Below are positions 1-11,286 of a stretch of DNA of 32,000 nucleotides, piece by piece. The first letter of the stretch is position 1; every line of letters starts with the position of its first letter. The DNA comes from Pseudomonas aeruginosa (GTDB taxonomy: Bacteria; Pseudomonadota; Gammaproteobacteria; Pseudomonadales; Pseudomonadaceae): assembly GCF_001457615.1 (NCBI RefSeq), contig NZ_LN831024.1:720001-752000 (forward strand), in the 5' to 3' direction. Below the pieces are notes generated by a model that had not been told where the DNA came from, ran no database searches, and worked only from the letters and a program-made list of their open reading frames with translations. The position numbers and the translations under genes are program-made.

Positions 1-1139
1 CGTTCGTCGGTACCCTGACCTTCGCCCGCGTTTACTCCGGCGTCCTGAGTTCCGGCGACTCCGTCCTGAACTCGGTGAAAGGCAAGAAAGAGCGCGTCGG
101 TCGGATGGTGCAGATGCACGCCAACCAGCGTGAAGAGATCAAGGAAGTGCGCGCAGGCGACATCGCTGCCCTGATCGGCATGAAGGACGTCACCACCGGT
201 GACACCCTGTGCTCGATCGAGAAGCCGATCATCCTCGAGCGCATGGACTTCCCCGAGCCGGTAATCTCGGTCGCTGTAGAGCCGAAGACCAAGGCTGACC
301 AGGAGAAGATGGGTATCGCCCTCGGCAAGCTGGCCCAGGAAGACCCGTCGTTCCGTGTCAAGACCGACGAAGAGTCCGGTCAGACCATCATCTCCGGCAT
401 GGGCGAGCTGCACCTGGACATCATCGTCGACCGCATGAAGCGCGAGTTCGGCGTCGAGGCCAACATCGGCAAGCCGCAGGTTGCCTACCGTGAGACCATC
501 ACCAAGGACAACGTGGAGATCGAAGGCAAGTTCGTTCGCCAGTCCGGTGGTCGCGGTCAGTTCGGTCATTGCTGGATCCGTTTCTCGGCCGCGGACGTGG
601 ACGAGAAGGGCAATATCACCGAAGGCCTGGTGTTCGAGAACGAAGTCGTGGGCGGTGTGGTTCCGAAGGAATACATCCCGGCGATCCAGAAGGGTATCGA
701 AGAGCAGATGAAGAACGGCGTCGTTGCCGGCTATCCGCTCATCGGCCTGAAGGCTACCGTTTTCGATGGTTCCTACCATGACGTCGACTCCAACGAGATG
801 GCGTTCAAGATCGCTGCTTCCATGGCGACCAAGCAGCTGGCCCAGAAGGGCGGCGGCAAGGTGCTCGAGCCGATCATGAAGGTAGAGGTAGTGACTCCTG
901 AGGACTACATGGGTGACGTGATGGGCGACCTGAACCGTCGTCGTGGTCTGATTCAGGGGATGGAGGACACGGTTTCCGGTAAGGTTATTCGTGCCGAGGT
1001 TCCGCTGGGTGAGATGTTCGGTTATGCGACCGACGTGCGTTCCATGTCCCAGGGTCGCGCGAGCTACTCCATGGAATTCTCCAAATACGCCGAAGCTCCG
1101 TCGAACATCGTCGAAGCGCTGGTTAAAAAACAAGGTTGA
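1..1139 (+). CDS. fusA1: Elongation factor G, C-terminal ~378 codons (5' end cut by window edge; codon phase starts at position 3)
   Basis: The open frame continues upstream of the track ORF (75..1139) to the window edge. EF-G domain III-V sequence is present ([33 protein letters not shown], ends ...EALVKKQG). It lies directly upstream of tuf, as in the str operon. Confidence 0.95.
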   Translation, partial: FVGTLTFARVYSGVLSSGDSVLNSVKGKKERVGRMVQMHANQREEIKEVRAGDIAALIGMKDVTTGDTLCSIEKPIILERMDFPEPVISVAVEPKTKADQEKMGIALGKLAQEDPSFRVKTDEESGQTIISGMGELHLDIIVDRMKREFGVEANIGKPQVAYRETITKDNVEIEGKFVRQSGGRGQFGHCWIRFSAADVDEKGNITEGLVFENEVVGGVVPKEYIPAIQKGIEEQMKNGVVAGYPLIGLKATVFDGSYHDVDSNEMAFKIAASMATKQLAQKGGGKVLEPIMKVEVVTPEDYMGDVMGDLNRRRGLIQGMEDTVSGKVIRAEVPLGEMFGYATDVRSMSQGRASYSMEFSKYAEAPSNIVEALVKKQG

Positions 1140-1169
1140 TTCAGCCCTTTAAGTAAGAGGTTTACTGTC

Positions 1170-2363
1170 GTGGCTAAGGAAAAATTCGAACGTAACAAAC
1201 CGCACGTCAACGTCGGCACCATCGGTCACGTTGACCATGGCAAGACCACTCTGACCGCTGCACTGACCAAGGTCTGCTCCGATACCTGGGGTGGTTCCGC
1301 TCGTGCTTTCGATCAGATCGACAACGCGCCGGAAGAAAAGGCCCGCGGTATCACCATCAACACCTCGCACGTTGAATACGATTCCGCTGTTCGTCACTAC
1401 GCCCACGTTGACTGCCCCGGTCACGCCGACTACGTGAAGAACATGATCACCGGTGCTGCCCAGATGGACGGCGCGATCCTGGTTTGCTCGGCTGCCGACG
1501 GCCCCATGCCGCAGACCCGCGAGCACATCCTGCTGTCCCGCCAGGTAGGCGTTCCCTACATCGTCGTGTTCCTGAACAAGGCCGACATGGTCGACGACGC
1601 CGAGCTGCTGGAACTGGTCGAGATGGAAGTTCGCGATCTGCTGAACACCTACGACTTCCCGGGCGACGACACTCCGATCATCATCGGTTCCGCGCTGATG
1701 GCGCTGGAAGGCAAGGATGACAACGGCATCGGCGTAAGCGCCGTGCAGAAGCTGGTAGAGACCCTGGACTCCTACATTCCGGAGCCGGTTCGTGCCATCG
1801 ACCAGCCGTTCCTGATGCCGATCGAAGACGTGTTCTCGATCTCCGGCCGCGGTACCGTGGTAACCGGTCGTGTAGAGCGCGGCATCATCAAGGTCCAGGA
1901 AGAAGTGGAAATCGTCGGCATCAAGGCGACCACCAAGACCACCTGCACCGGCGTTGAAATGTTCCGCAAGCTGCTCGACGAAGGTCGTGCTGGTGAGAAC
2001 GTTGGTATCCTGCTGCGCGGCACCAAGCGTGAAGACGTAGAGCGTGGCCAGGTACTGGCCAAGCCGGGCACCATCAAGCCGCACACCAAGTTCGAGTGCG
2101 AAGTGTACGTGCTGTCCAAGGAAGAAGGTGGTCGTCACACCCCGTTCTTCAAGGGCTACCGTCCGCAGTTCTACTTCCGTACCACCGACGTGACCGGTAA
2201 CTGCGAACTGCCGGAAGGCGTAGAGATGGTAATGCCGGGCGACAACATCAAGATGGTTGTCACCCTGATCGCTCCGATCGCCATGGAAGATGGCCTGCGC
2301 TTCGCGATCCGCGAAGGCGGCCGTACCGTTGGCGCCGGCGTGGTTGCCAAGATCATCGAGTAA
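1170..2363 (+). CDS. tufA: Elongation factor Tu (397 aa, GTG start)
   Basis: Begins [28 protein letters not shown], with GTPase G1 [13 protein letters not shown] and NKAD motifs. SD AAGAGG lies upstream. Its position after fusA and before rpsJ identifies the tufA copy. Confidence 0.98.
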   Translation: MAKEKFERNKPHVNVGTIGHVDHGKTTLTAALTKVCSDTWGGSARAFDQIDNAPEEKARGITINTSHVEYDSAVRHYAHVDCPGHADYVKNMITGAAQMDGAILVCSAADGPMPQTREHILLSRQVGVPYIVVFLNKADMVDDAELLELVEMEVRDLLNTYDFPGDDTPIIIGSALMALEGKDDNGIGVSAVQKLVETLDSYIPEPVRAIDQPFLMPIEDVFSISGRGTVVTGRVERGIIKVQEEVEIVGIKATTKTTCTGVEMFRKLLDEGRAGENVGILLRGTKREDVERGQVLAKPGTIKPHTKFECEVYVLSKEEGGRHTPFFKGYRPQFYFRTTDVTGNCELPEGVEMVMPGDNIKMVVTLIAPIAMEDGLRFAIREGGRTVGAGVVAKIIE

Positions 2364-2382
2364 TCGCTGATCCTGCCATCAG

Positions 2383-2410
2383 AAAAGGGGCCCTCCGGGG
2401 CCCCTTTTTT
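2383..2410 (+). terminator. Rho-independent terminator after tufA
   Basis: GGGGCCC (2387-2393) pairs with GGGCCCC (2398-2404) around a 4-nt loop. The stem is flanked by AAAA and followed by TTTTTT (2405-2410). Confidence 0.85.
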
Positions 2411-2427
2411 CGTTCGTTGGTTAAATA

Positions 2428-2456
2428 TTGACACCCTGTGGGGGCATCCGTACAAT
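2428..2456 (+). promoter_or_regulatory. Sigma-70 promoter of the S10 (rpsJ) operon
   Basis: TTGACA (2428-2433), exactly 17 nt of spacer, then TACAAT (2451-2456). It sits 64 nt upstream of the rpsJ ATG. Confidence 0.75.
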
Positions 2457-2513
2457 TGCGCCTCCTTTTAACGGGCGTAGTCCGTCCGTTGGGAATGGTA
2501 AATTGGAGTCTGA

Positions 2514-2831
<318 letters not shown>

Positions 2832-2913
2832 TGCCTTCGGCATTGGTCGTGTAACGCTCTGAAATGGGCGGCCATAGCGGGTGAAAGCCCCGTACACTCA
2901 AGAGGTTTACAAC

Positions 2914-3549
2914 ATGACAATTGGTGTTGTCGGTCGTAAATGCGGCATGACCCGCATTTTCACCGAGGAAGGTGTCTCTATTCCGGTTACGGTCATCGAG
3001 GTCGAGCCGAATCGCGTCACCCAGTTCAAGACTGAAGAAACCGATGGCTACCGTGCAGTGCAAGTCACCGCCGGCGAGCGTCGTGCTTCTCGCGTTACCA
3101 AAGCGCAAGCTGGTCACTTTGCCAAGGCGAATGTCGCCGCCGGTCGCGGCGTGTGGGAATTCCGTCTGGGCGAAGAGCAGTATGCCGCTGGTGACCAGAT
3201 CACTGTCGATCTGTTCCAGGCAGGCCAGATGGTAGACGTTACCGGCGAGTCCAAGGGTAAGGGCTTCGCGGGCACCATCAAGCGCTGGAACTTCCGTGGT
3301 CAGGATAACACCCACGGTAACTCCGTTTCCCACCGCGTCCCGGGTTCCATCGGCCAGTGCCAGACTCCTGGTCGAGTGTTCAAGGGCAAGAAAATGTCCG
3401 GTCATCTGGGTGCGGAGCGGGTAACCGTTCAATCCCTGGAGATCGTGCGCGTCGATGCTGAACGCAATCTGCTGCTGGTCAAGGGTGCCGTTCCCGGCGC
3501 TACCGGCGGTGATGTGATCGTGCGTCCGGCAGCCAAGGCTCGCGGTTAA
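2914..3549 (+). CDS. rplC: 50S ribosomal protein L3 (211 aa)
   Basis: [20 protein letters not shown] matches the conserved L3 N-terminus. SD GAGG lies 8 nt upstream of ATG 2914. The track start at 2881 adds 11 non-conserved residues. Confidence 0.95.
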
Positions 3550-3562
3550 GGGGGAAGCTGAG

Positions 3563-4165
3563 ATGCAATTGAATGTGAACGGCGCTCAGGCTATCGAAGT
3601 CTCCGAGCGTACCTTTGGTGGCGAATTCAACGAGACCCTGGTGCACCAGGCAGTCGTGGCCTACATGGCTGGCGGCCGTCAGGGCAGCAAGGCGCAGAAG
3701 ACTCGCTCCGAAGTCTCTGGTGGTGGCAAGAAGCCGTGGCGTCAGAAGGGCACCGGTCGTGCTCGTGCTGGCACCATCCGTAGCCCCATCTGGCGTGGGG
3801 GCGGCACCACTTTCGCCGCTAAACCGCGTAGCCACGAACAGAAGCTGAACAAGAAGATGTACCGCGCAGCACTGCGCTCCATCCTTGCCGAGCTCGTTCG
3901 TCTGGACCGTCTGGTCGTCGTTGCCGACTTCGCTGTCGATGCACCGAAAACCAAGGGCCTGGTTGCCAAGCTGGACACCCTGGGTCTGAAAGACGTGCTG
4001 ATCGTGACCGATGGTGTCGACGAGAACCTGTACCTCGCTGCGCGCAACCTGGCGCACGTCGATGTACGTGATGTCCAAGGTTCCGACCCCGTCAGCCTGA
4101 TCGCCTACGACAAGGTGCTGGTCACCGTGTCCGCCGTGAAGAAGTTCGAGGAGCTGCTGGGATGA
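3563..4165 (+). CDS. rplD: 50S ribosomal protein L4
   Basis: 200 aa with [26 protein letters not shown], the L4 signature. Confidence 0.98.
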
Positions 4166-4461
4166 ACCAGGAACGCGTATTCAAAGTGCTGCTTGGTCCG
4201 CACATCTCCGAGAAAGCCACGGGTCTCGCGGACGGCAAGAGCCAATTCGTTTTCAAGGTTGCCACCGATGCAACCAAGCTGGAAATCAAGAAGGCCGTAG
4301 AAAGCCTGTTCAGCGTGAAGGTACAGCGCGTCACTACCCTGAACGTCAAGGGTAAGACCAAGCGCACCGCTCGCGGTCTGGGCAAGCGTAACGACTGGAA
4401 AAAAGCGTACATCGCTCTCCAGCCGGGCCAAGATCTCGATTTCGCCACCAGCGCTGAGTAA
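4162..4461 (+). CDS. rplW: 50S ribosomal protein L23
   Basis: 99 aa, [20 protein letters not shown]...; ATGA overlap with the rplD stop. Confidence 0.97.
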
Positions 4462-4472
4462 AGGGGTGCATC

Positions 4473-5294
4473 ATGGCAATCGTTAAGTGCAAACCGACTT
4501 CCGCTGGTCGTCGCTTTGTCGTCAAGGTGGTGAATCAGGAGCTGCACAAAGGCGCTCCCTACGCACCGCTGCTGGAAAAGAAATCCAAGTCTGGCGGCCG
4601 TAACAACAACGGTCGTATCACCACCCGTCATATCGGTGGTGGTCACAAGCAGCACTACCGTCTGGTCGACTTCCGTCGCAACAAGGATGGCATCCCTGCC
4701 ATCGTTGAGCGCGTCGAATACGATCCGAACCGCACTGCACACATCGCTCTGCTGAAGTATGCAGACGGCGAGCGTCGCTACATCATCGCCCCCAAGGGCG
4801 TTGCTGCAGGTGACCAGCTGATCTCCGGTATCGGTGCGCCGATCAAGGCAGGCAACAGCATGCCTCTGCGCAACATCCCGGTGGGTAGCACTGTTCATGG
4901 TATCGAGCTGAAGCCGGGTAAAGGCGCTCAGATCGCTCGCTCCGCTGGCGCTTCCGCCCAGCTGGTCGCGCGTGAAGGTGCGTACGTAACCCTGCGTCTG
5001 CGCTCCGGTGAAATGCGTAAAGTCCTGGCTGAGTGCCGTGCGACCCTGGGCGAAGTCTCGAACTCCGAGCACAGCCTGCGTTCGCTGGGTAAAGCCGGTG
5101 CTACGCGCTGGCGTGGTGTTCGCCCGACCGTTCGCGGCGTGGCGATGAACCCGGTCGACCACCCGCATGGTGGTGGTGAAGGCCGTACCTCTGCTGGTCG
5201 TCATCCGGTATCGCCGTGGGGTCTTCAGACCAAGGGTAAGAAGACTCGCTCGAACAAGCGTACCGATAACATGATCGTCCGCCGCCGCAAGTAA
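4473..5294 (+). CDS. rplB: 50S ribosomal protein L2
   Basis: 273 aa, [19 protein letters not shown]...[17 protein letters not shown]. Confidence 0.98.
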
Positions 5295-5310
5295 ATAGAG
5301 GGATACCACA

Positions 5311-5586
5311 GTGCCACGTTCACTGAAAAAAGGTCCGTTTATCGATCTTCACCTGTTGAAGAAGGTCGAAGTCGCGGTGGAAAAGAACGACCGCAAGCCG
5401 ATCAAGACCTGGTCGCGTCGTTCGATGATTCTGCCGCATATGGTTGGTCTGACCATCGCCGTGCACAACGGCCGTCAACACGTACCGGTTCTCGTCAACG
5501 AGGACATGGTCGGCCACAAACTGGGCGAGTTCGCCGCTACCCGCACCTACCGCGGGCATGCTGCGGACAAGAAAGCCAAGCGTTAA
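5311..5586 (+). CDS. rpsS: 30S ribosomal protein S19 (GTG start)
   Basis: 91 aa, [20 protein letters not shown]...[16 protein letters not shown]. Confidence 0.98.
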
Positions 5587-5598
5587 GGGGTAAGGAAG

Positions 5599-5931
5599 AT
5601 GGAAGTAGCCGCTAAGCTGTCGGGCGCTCGTATCTCCGCCCAGAAAGCCCGCTTGGTCGCCGACCAGATCCGCGGGAAGAAGGTGGGCGAAGCGCTCAAC
5701 CTCCTGGCTTTCAGCAGTAAGAAAGCCGCCGAGATCATGAAGAAAGTGCTGGAGTCGGCCGTTGCCAACGCTGAGCACAACGAAGGCGCCGATGTGGATG
5801 ACCTGAAGGTCTCCACCGTCTTCGTCAACGAAGGTCGTTCGCTCAAGCGCATCATGCCGCGTGCCAAAGGCCGTGCTGATCGCATCGTGAAGCGGTCTTG
5901 CCATATCACGGTCAAGGTTGCGGACAAGTAA
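5599..5931 (+). CDS. rplV: 50S ribosomal protein L22
   Basis: 110 aa, [27 protein letters not shown].... Confidence 0.98.
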
Positions 5932-5943
5932 CGGAGTCGACAG

Positions 5944-6630
5944 ATGGGTCAGAAAGTACATCCCAATGGCATTCGCCTGGGTATCGTCAAGGAGCACACC
6001 TCCGTTTGGTACGCAGACCGCAAGAACTATGCGGATTACCTGTTTGCCGACCTGAAGGTGCGTGAGTACCTCCAAGACAAACTAAAAAGCGCGTCCGTAA
6101 GCCGTATCGATATTCATCGTCCGGCTCAAACCGCACGCATCACCATCCACACCGCTCGTCCCGGCATCGTGATCGGCAAGAAAGGTGAAGATGTTGAGAA
6201 ACTGCGCCAGGACCTGACCAAGCAAATGGGTGTGCCCGTGCACATCAACATCGAGGAAATCCGCAAGCCGGAACTCGATGCCATGCTGGTTGCGCAGAGC
6301 GTAGCCCAGCAGCTGGAGCGTCGCGTAATGTTCCGTCGCGCCATGAAGCGCGCCGTACAGAACGCCATGCGCATTGGTGCCAAGGGCATCAAGATTCAGG
6401 TCAGCGGTCGTCTGGGTGGGGCTGAAATCGCCCGTACCGAATGGTATCGCGAAGGTCGTGTGCCCCTGCACACCCTGCGCGCCGATATCGACTATGCCAC
6501 CTACGAAGCGCACACCACTTACGGTGTGATCGGTGTCAAGGTTTGGATCTTCAAGGGCGAGGTCATCGGTGGCCGCCAGGAAGAGCTGAAGCCGGTAGCA
6601 CCCGCTCCTCGTAAAAAAGCTGCTAGGTAA
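5944..6630 (+). CDS. rpsC: 30S ribosomal protein S3
   Basis: 228 aa, [16 protein letters not shown]..., with a KH-domain [11 protein letters not shown]. Confidence 0.98.
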
Positions 6631-6641
6631 GGAGTACGCAA

Positions 6642-7055
6642 ATGCTGCAACCCAAGCGTACGAAGTTCCGCAAACAAATGACCGGCCACAACCGTGGTCT
6701 GGCTCATCGTGGTAGTAAGGTCAGCTTCGGTGAGTACGCACTGAAGGCCACTAGCCGTGGCCGCCTTACTGCTCGTCAGATCGAGTCCGCGCGTCGTGCG
6801 CTGACCCGTCACGTGAAGCGTGGTGGCAAGATCTGGATCCGCGTATTCCCTGACAAGCCTGTCACCAAGAAGCCCCTCGAAGTTCGTATGGGTAAAGGTA
6901 AGGGTGGGGTCGAGTACTGGGTAGCCCAGATCCAGCCGGGCAAGGTCCTGTACGAGATCGAGGGTGTTTCCGAAGAGCTGGCGCGTGAGGCTTTCGCCCT
7001 GGCTGCTGCAAAGCTGCCCCTCGCCACCTCCTTTGTTAAGCGGACGGTGATGTGA
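6642..7055 (+). CDS. rplP: 50S ribosomal protein L16
   Basis: 137 aa, [21 protein letters not shown].... Confidence 0.98.
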
Positions 7056-7246
7056 TGAAAGCGAATGAACTTCGTGAAAAATCCGTTGAGCAGCTGAACG
7101 AGCAACTGCTCGGCCTGCTGCGCGACCAGTTCAATCTGCGCATGCAGAAAGCAACTGGCCAGTTGGGGCAGTCTCACCTGCTCTCGCAGGTTAAGCGCGA
7201 CATCGCTCGCGTTAAAACTGTGCTCAATCAGCAAGCAGGTAAGTGA
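7055..7246 (+). CDS. rpmC: 50S ribosomal protein L29 (63 aa)
   Basis: [19 protein letters not shown].... ATG 7055 overlaps the rplP TGA by 1 nt (GTGATGTGATGAAA). The track's GTG at 7052 would add one residue. Confidence 0.93.
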
Positions 7247-7248
7247 TC

Positions 7249-7515
7249 ATGGCTGAAGCTCAGAAAACCGTCCGTACGCTGACCGGCCGCGTCGTCAGCG
7301 ACAAAATGGACAAGACCGTCACCGTACTGATCGAGCGTCGCGTCAAGCACCCGATTTACGGCAAATACGTCAAGCGTTCGACCAAACTGCACGCACACGA
7401 CGAATCCAATCAGTGCCGCATTGGTGACCTGGTCACCATTCGCGAAACCCGTCCGCTGGCCAAGACCAAGGCCTGGACCCTGGTTGATATCGTTGAACGC
7501 GCGGTGGAAGTCTAA
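7249..7515 (+). CDS. rpsQ: 30S ribosomal protein S17 (88 aa)
   Basis: [26 protein letters not shown].... ATG 7249 follows the rpmC stop (7244-7246). The track start at 7243 is a GTG overlapping that stop. Confidence 0.93.
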
Positions 7516-7538
7516 GGACTAGGGGTCGGAGAAATTAT

Positions 7539-7907
7539 ATGATTCAGACTCAATCCATGCTCGATGTCGCTGACAACAGCGGCGCGCGTCGTGTGATGTG
7601 CATCAAGGTGCTCGGCGGTTCCCACCGCCGTTACGCCGGCATCGGCGACATCATCAAGGTCACCGTCAAGGAAGCGATTCCGCGCGGCAAAGTGAAGAAG
7701 GGCCAGGTCATGACTGCCGTGGTCGTTCGCACCAAGCACGGCGTACGTCGTACCGACGGTTCCATCATCCGCTTCGACGGCAACGCCGCCGTCCTGCTGA
7801 ACAACAAGCAGGAGCCGATCGGCACCCGTATCTTTGGGCCAGTGACTCGTGAACTCCGTACCGAGAAGTTCATGAAGATCGTCTCGCTCGCCCCCGAAGT
7901 GCTGTAA
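7539..7907 (+). CDS. rplN: 50S ribosomal protein L14
   Basis: 122 aa, [27 protein letters not shown].... Confidence 0.98.
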
Positions 7908-7919
7908 GGAGTAGCCGTC

Positions 7920-8234
7920 ATGCAAAAGATTCGTCGTGACGACGAAGTAATCGTCATTGCCGGCAAGGACAAGGGCAAGCGTGGCAAGGTGCTGAAGGTT
8001 CTCGCTGACGACCGTCTGGTCGTCGGCGGGGTGAACCTGATCAAGCGCCACACCAAGCCCAATCCGATGCTCGGCCAACAGGGCGGTATCGTCGAGAAGG
8101 AGGCGCCTCTGCACGTCTCCAACGTCGCCATCTTCAATACTGAAACCAGCAAGGCTGACCGCGTTGGCTTCAAGGTAGAAGACGGTAAGAAAATTCGTGT
8201 CTTCAAGTCGACCCAGAAACCGGTTCAGGCTTGA
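7920..8234 (+). CDS. rplX: 50S ribosomal protein L24
   Basis: 104 aa, [24 protein letters not shown]... (KOW motif). Confidence 0.98.
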
Positions 8235-8253
8235 GGCTGCTAGGTAGATCACC

Positions 8254-8793
8254 ATGGCACGATTGAAAGAAATTTATCGGAAGGAAATCGCGCCCAAGCT
8301 GAAAGAAGAGCTTCAGCTGGCGAACGTGATGGAAGTTCCGCGCGTTACCAAAATCACCCTGAACATGGGTCTTGGCGAGGCGGTCGGTGACAAGAAGATC
8401 ATCGAGAACGCCGTAGCCGATCTGGAAAAGATCACTGGTCAGAAGCCGGTCGTGACTTACGCTCGTAAGTCCATCGCAGGCTTCAAGATCCGTGAAGGCT
8501 GGCCGATCGGCGTCAAGGTCACCCTGCGTAGCGACCGGATGTACGAGTTCCTGGATCGTCTGCTGTCCATCTCCCTGCCGCGCGTGCGTGACTTCCGCGG
8601 CCTGAATGCCAAGTCCTTCGATGGTCGCGGCAACTACAGCATGGGCGTGAAAGAGCAGATCATCTTCCCGGAAATCGATTACGACAAGATCGATGCGCTG
8701 CGTGGCCTGGACATCACCCTGACCACCACCGCTCGTACGGATGACGAAGGTCGCGCCCTGCTGCGTGCTTTCAAATTCCCGTTCCGTAACTGA
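8254..8793 (+). CDS. rplE: 50S ribosomal protein L5
   Basis: 179 aa, [20 protein letters not shown].... Confidence 0.98.
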
Positions 8794-8806
8794 TTGGAGT
8801 AGGAAC

Positions 8807-9112
8807 ATGGCTAAAGAGAGCATGAAGAACCGCGAGCTGAAGCGTCAGCTGACGGTAGCCAAGTACGCCAAGAAGCGTGCCGAGCTGAAAGCGATCATCG
8901 CTAATCCGAACTCCTCTGCGGAAGAGCGTTGGAATGCCCAGGTCGCCCTGCAGAAGCAACCGCGTGACGCCAGCGCCAGCCGCCTGCGTAACCGTTGCCG
9001 CCTGACCGGTCGTCCGCACGGCTTCTACCGCAAGTTCGGCCTGAGCCGTAACAAGCTGCGCGAAGCCGCCATGCGCGGCGACGTACCGGGTCTGGTGAAA
9101 GCCAGCTGGTAA
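8807..9112 (+). CDS. rpsN: 30S ribosomal protein S14, long (101 aa) non-zinc-ribbon form
   Basis: [28 protein letters not shown]...[32 protein letters not shown] lies 7 nt upstream of ATG 8807. The track ORF (8741) is over-extended into rplE. Confidence 0.95.
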   Translation: MAKESMKNRELKRQLTVAKYAKKRAELKAIIANPNSSAEERWNAQVALQKQPRDASASRLRNRCRLTGRPHGFYRKFGLSRNKLREAAMRGDVPGLVKASW

Positions 9113-9156
9113 TCGCAGCGAACGGTGTCGCCAGTCGGCACCGTTGATCGCGACAT

Positions 9157-9190
9157 CGAATCAAGCCCCTCATGGGGCTTGATTCGTTTT
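9157..9190 (+). terminator. Strong intrinsic-terminator-like hairpin inside the spc block (between rpsN and rpsH)
   Basis: Perfect 13-bp stem CGAATCAAGCCCC (9157-9169) / GGGGCTTGATTCG (9174-9186), loop TCAT, followed by TTTT (9187-9190). Confidence 0.65.
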
Positions 9191-9207
9191 GGCGTGATCT
9201 CTAGAAT
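9179..9207 (+). promoter_or_regulatory. Putative internal sigma-70 promoter for rpsH and downstream genes
   Basis: TTGATT (9179-9184, inside the 3' arm of the hairpin), 17 nt of spacer, then TAGAAT (9202-9207). This leaves a ~90-nt leader before the rpsH ATG at 9302. Confidence 0.5.
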
Positions 9208-9301
9208 ACCCGGCTCCCCTGAGCCTGGGTTTGTTTCGCCTGGCGTTTATGGGCGAATTGAAGTTGAAGGCTTATTCTTTTGTATCAGGAGCGTTAAGCC
9301 C

Positions 9302-9694
9302 ATGAGTATGCAGGACCCGTTAGCAGACATGCTAACTCGCATCCGTAATGCCCAGATGGCTGAAAAGACCGTCGTAAGCATGCCGTCCTCGAAACTGAAA
9401 GCGGCGGTAGCCAAAGTCCTGAAGGACGAAGGCTATATTGCGGATTTCCAGATCAGCTCGGAAGTAAAACCCCAGCTGTCCATCGAACTGAAGTACTTCG
9501 AAGGCAAGCCTGTCATCGAAGAGGTCAAGCGCATCAGCCGTCCTGGCCTGCGTCAGTACAAATCCGTTGAGCAACTGCCGAAAGTTCGTGGCGGCCTCGG
9601 TGTGTCGATCGTCTCCACCAACAAAGGTGTGATGACCGATCGTGCTGCCCGTGCTGCTGGTGTTGGCGGCGAAGTGCTCTGCACTGTGTTCTAA
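9302..9694 (+). CDS. rpsH: 30S ribosomal protein S8 (130 aa)
   Basis: [22 protein letters not shown]... is the conserved S8 N-terminus. SD AGGAG lies at 9287-9291. The track ORF start (9125) runs through the hairpin and promoter region and is not credible. Confidence 0.95.
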
Positions 9695-9705
9695 GGGGAA
9701 TCAGC

Positions 9706-10239
9706 ATGTCTCGCGTTGCTAAGAACCCCGTCAAGCTGCCTGCCGGCGTTGAAATCAAACTGGCTGGTCAGCAACTGTCCATCAAGGGCGCCAAAGGTGC
9801 TCTGGAGCTCAAGGTCCATCCTTCGGTCGAAGTGATCCAGGACAGCGGTGAGCTGCGTTTTGCTGCGCGTAACGGCGACCAGCAGACTCGCGCCATGGCT
9901 GGTACCACCCGTGCTCTGGTGAACAACATGGTAGTCGGCGTCAGCCAGGGCTTCGAGCGCAAGCTCCAGCTGGTCGGCGTTGGTTACAAAGCGCAGGCCA
10001 AGGGCCAAGTGCTGTCCCTGTCCCTCGGCTTCTCCCATCCGGTTGATTACGAACTGCCGGCCGGCATCGTCGCTGAGACCCCCAGCCAGACCGATATCCT
10101 GATCAAGGGTATCGACAAGCAGCTGGTCGGTCAGGTTGCTGCCGAAATTCGCGACTTCCGTCCGCCGGAGCCTTACAAAGGCAAGGGCGTGCGTTACGCC
10201 GACGAAGTCGTCCGTCGTAAAGAAGCCAAGAAGAAGTAG
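9706..10239 (+). CDS. rplF: 50S ribosomal protein L6
   Basis: 177 aa, [31 protein letters not shown].... Confidence 0.98.
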
Positions 10240-10249
10240 GGCATAGCAA

Positions 10250-10600
10250 ATGAGCGTCAAGAAAGAAACCCGTCTGCGTCGCGCTCGCAAGGCACGCCTG
10301 AAGATGCGCGAGCTGGAAACCGTACGCCTCTGCGTGTACCGCTCTTCCCAGCACATTTACGCCCAGGTCATTGCGGCCGACGGCGGCAAGGTCCTGGCCA
10401 GCGCCTCGACCCTGGACAAAGACCTGCGCGAAGGTGCCACCGGCAACATCGATGCAGCCAAGAAAGTTGGTCAACTGGTCGCCGAGCGCGCCAAAGCGGC
10501 CGGCGTCACCCAGGTGGCGTTCGATCGTTCTGGCTTCAAGTACCACGGCCGTGTGAAAGCGCTGGCTGATGCCGCTCGTGAAGGCGGACTGGAGTTCTAA
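10250..10600 (+). CDS. rplR: 50S ribosomal protein L18
   Basis: 116 aa, ...[16 protein letters not shown]...[26 protein letters not shown]. Confidence 0.98.
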
Positions 10601-10603
10601 GTT

Positions 10604-11104
10604 ATGGCAAACAACGAGCAAAAGCGCGACGAAGGCTACATCGAGAAGCTGGTTCAGGTTAACCGCGTCGCCAAAACCGTAAAAGGTGGCCGTATCTTCG
10701 CTTTCACCGCACTGACCGTGGTGGGTGATGGCAAGGGTCGCGTTGGTTTCGGTCGTGGCAAGGCGCGTGAAGTGCCGGCCGCCATCCAGAAAGCAATGGA
10801 AGCCGCTCGCCGCAACATGATCCAAGTCGATCTGAACGGCACCACCCTGCAGTATCCGACCAAGTCCGCCCATGGCGCCTCCAAGGTGTACATGCAGCCG
10901 GCTTCGGAAGGTACCGGCATCATCGCCGGCGGCGCCATGCGTGCCGTTCTGGAAGTGGCTGGTGTGCAGAACGTCCTGGCCAAGTGCTATGGCTCCACCA
11001 ATCCGGTGAACGTGGTTTATGCCACCTTCAAGGGCCTGAAGAACATGCAGGCTCCGGAAGCAGTAGCGGCCAAGCGTGGCAAGAGCGTCGAGGAGATTCT
11101 CTAA
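10604..11104 (+). CDS. rpsE: 30S ribosomal protein S5
   Basis: 166 aa, ...[45 protein letters not shown].... Confidence 0.98.
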
Positions 11105-11106
11105 CC

Positions 11107-11283
11107 ATGGCAACTGTCAAAGTCACTCTGGTCAAGAGCCTGAACGGCCGTCTGGCCAACCACAAGGCTTGCGTCAAGGGTCTCGGCCTGCGTCGCATCA
11201 ATCATACCGTCGAAGTTCAGGACACTCCTGAGAACCGCGGCATGATCAACAAGGCCTACTACCTGCTGCGTGTGGAGGGTTAA
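11107..11283 (+). CDS. rpmD: 50S ribosomal protein L30 (58 aa)
   Basis: [37 protein letters not shown].... ATG 11107 lies 2 nt after the rpsE stop. The track ORF (10984) is over-extended inside rpsE. Confidence 0.95.
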
Positions 11284-11286
11284 TCC

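Noticed and set aside
2832-2913. 82-nt gap between rpsJ and rplC with a small hairpin (ATGCC-TTC-GGCAT, 2831-2843) and an in-frame GTG (2881), as a possible small gene or regulatory RNA.
   Set aside because: The GTG extension lacks an SD and adds non-conserved residues to L3. The hairpin is only 5 bp with no T-tract. There is no evidence beyond a slightly long spacer.
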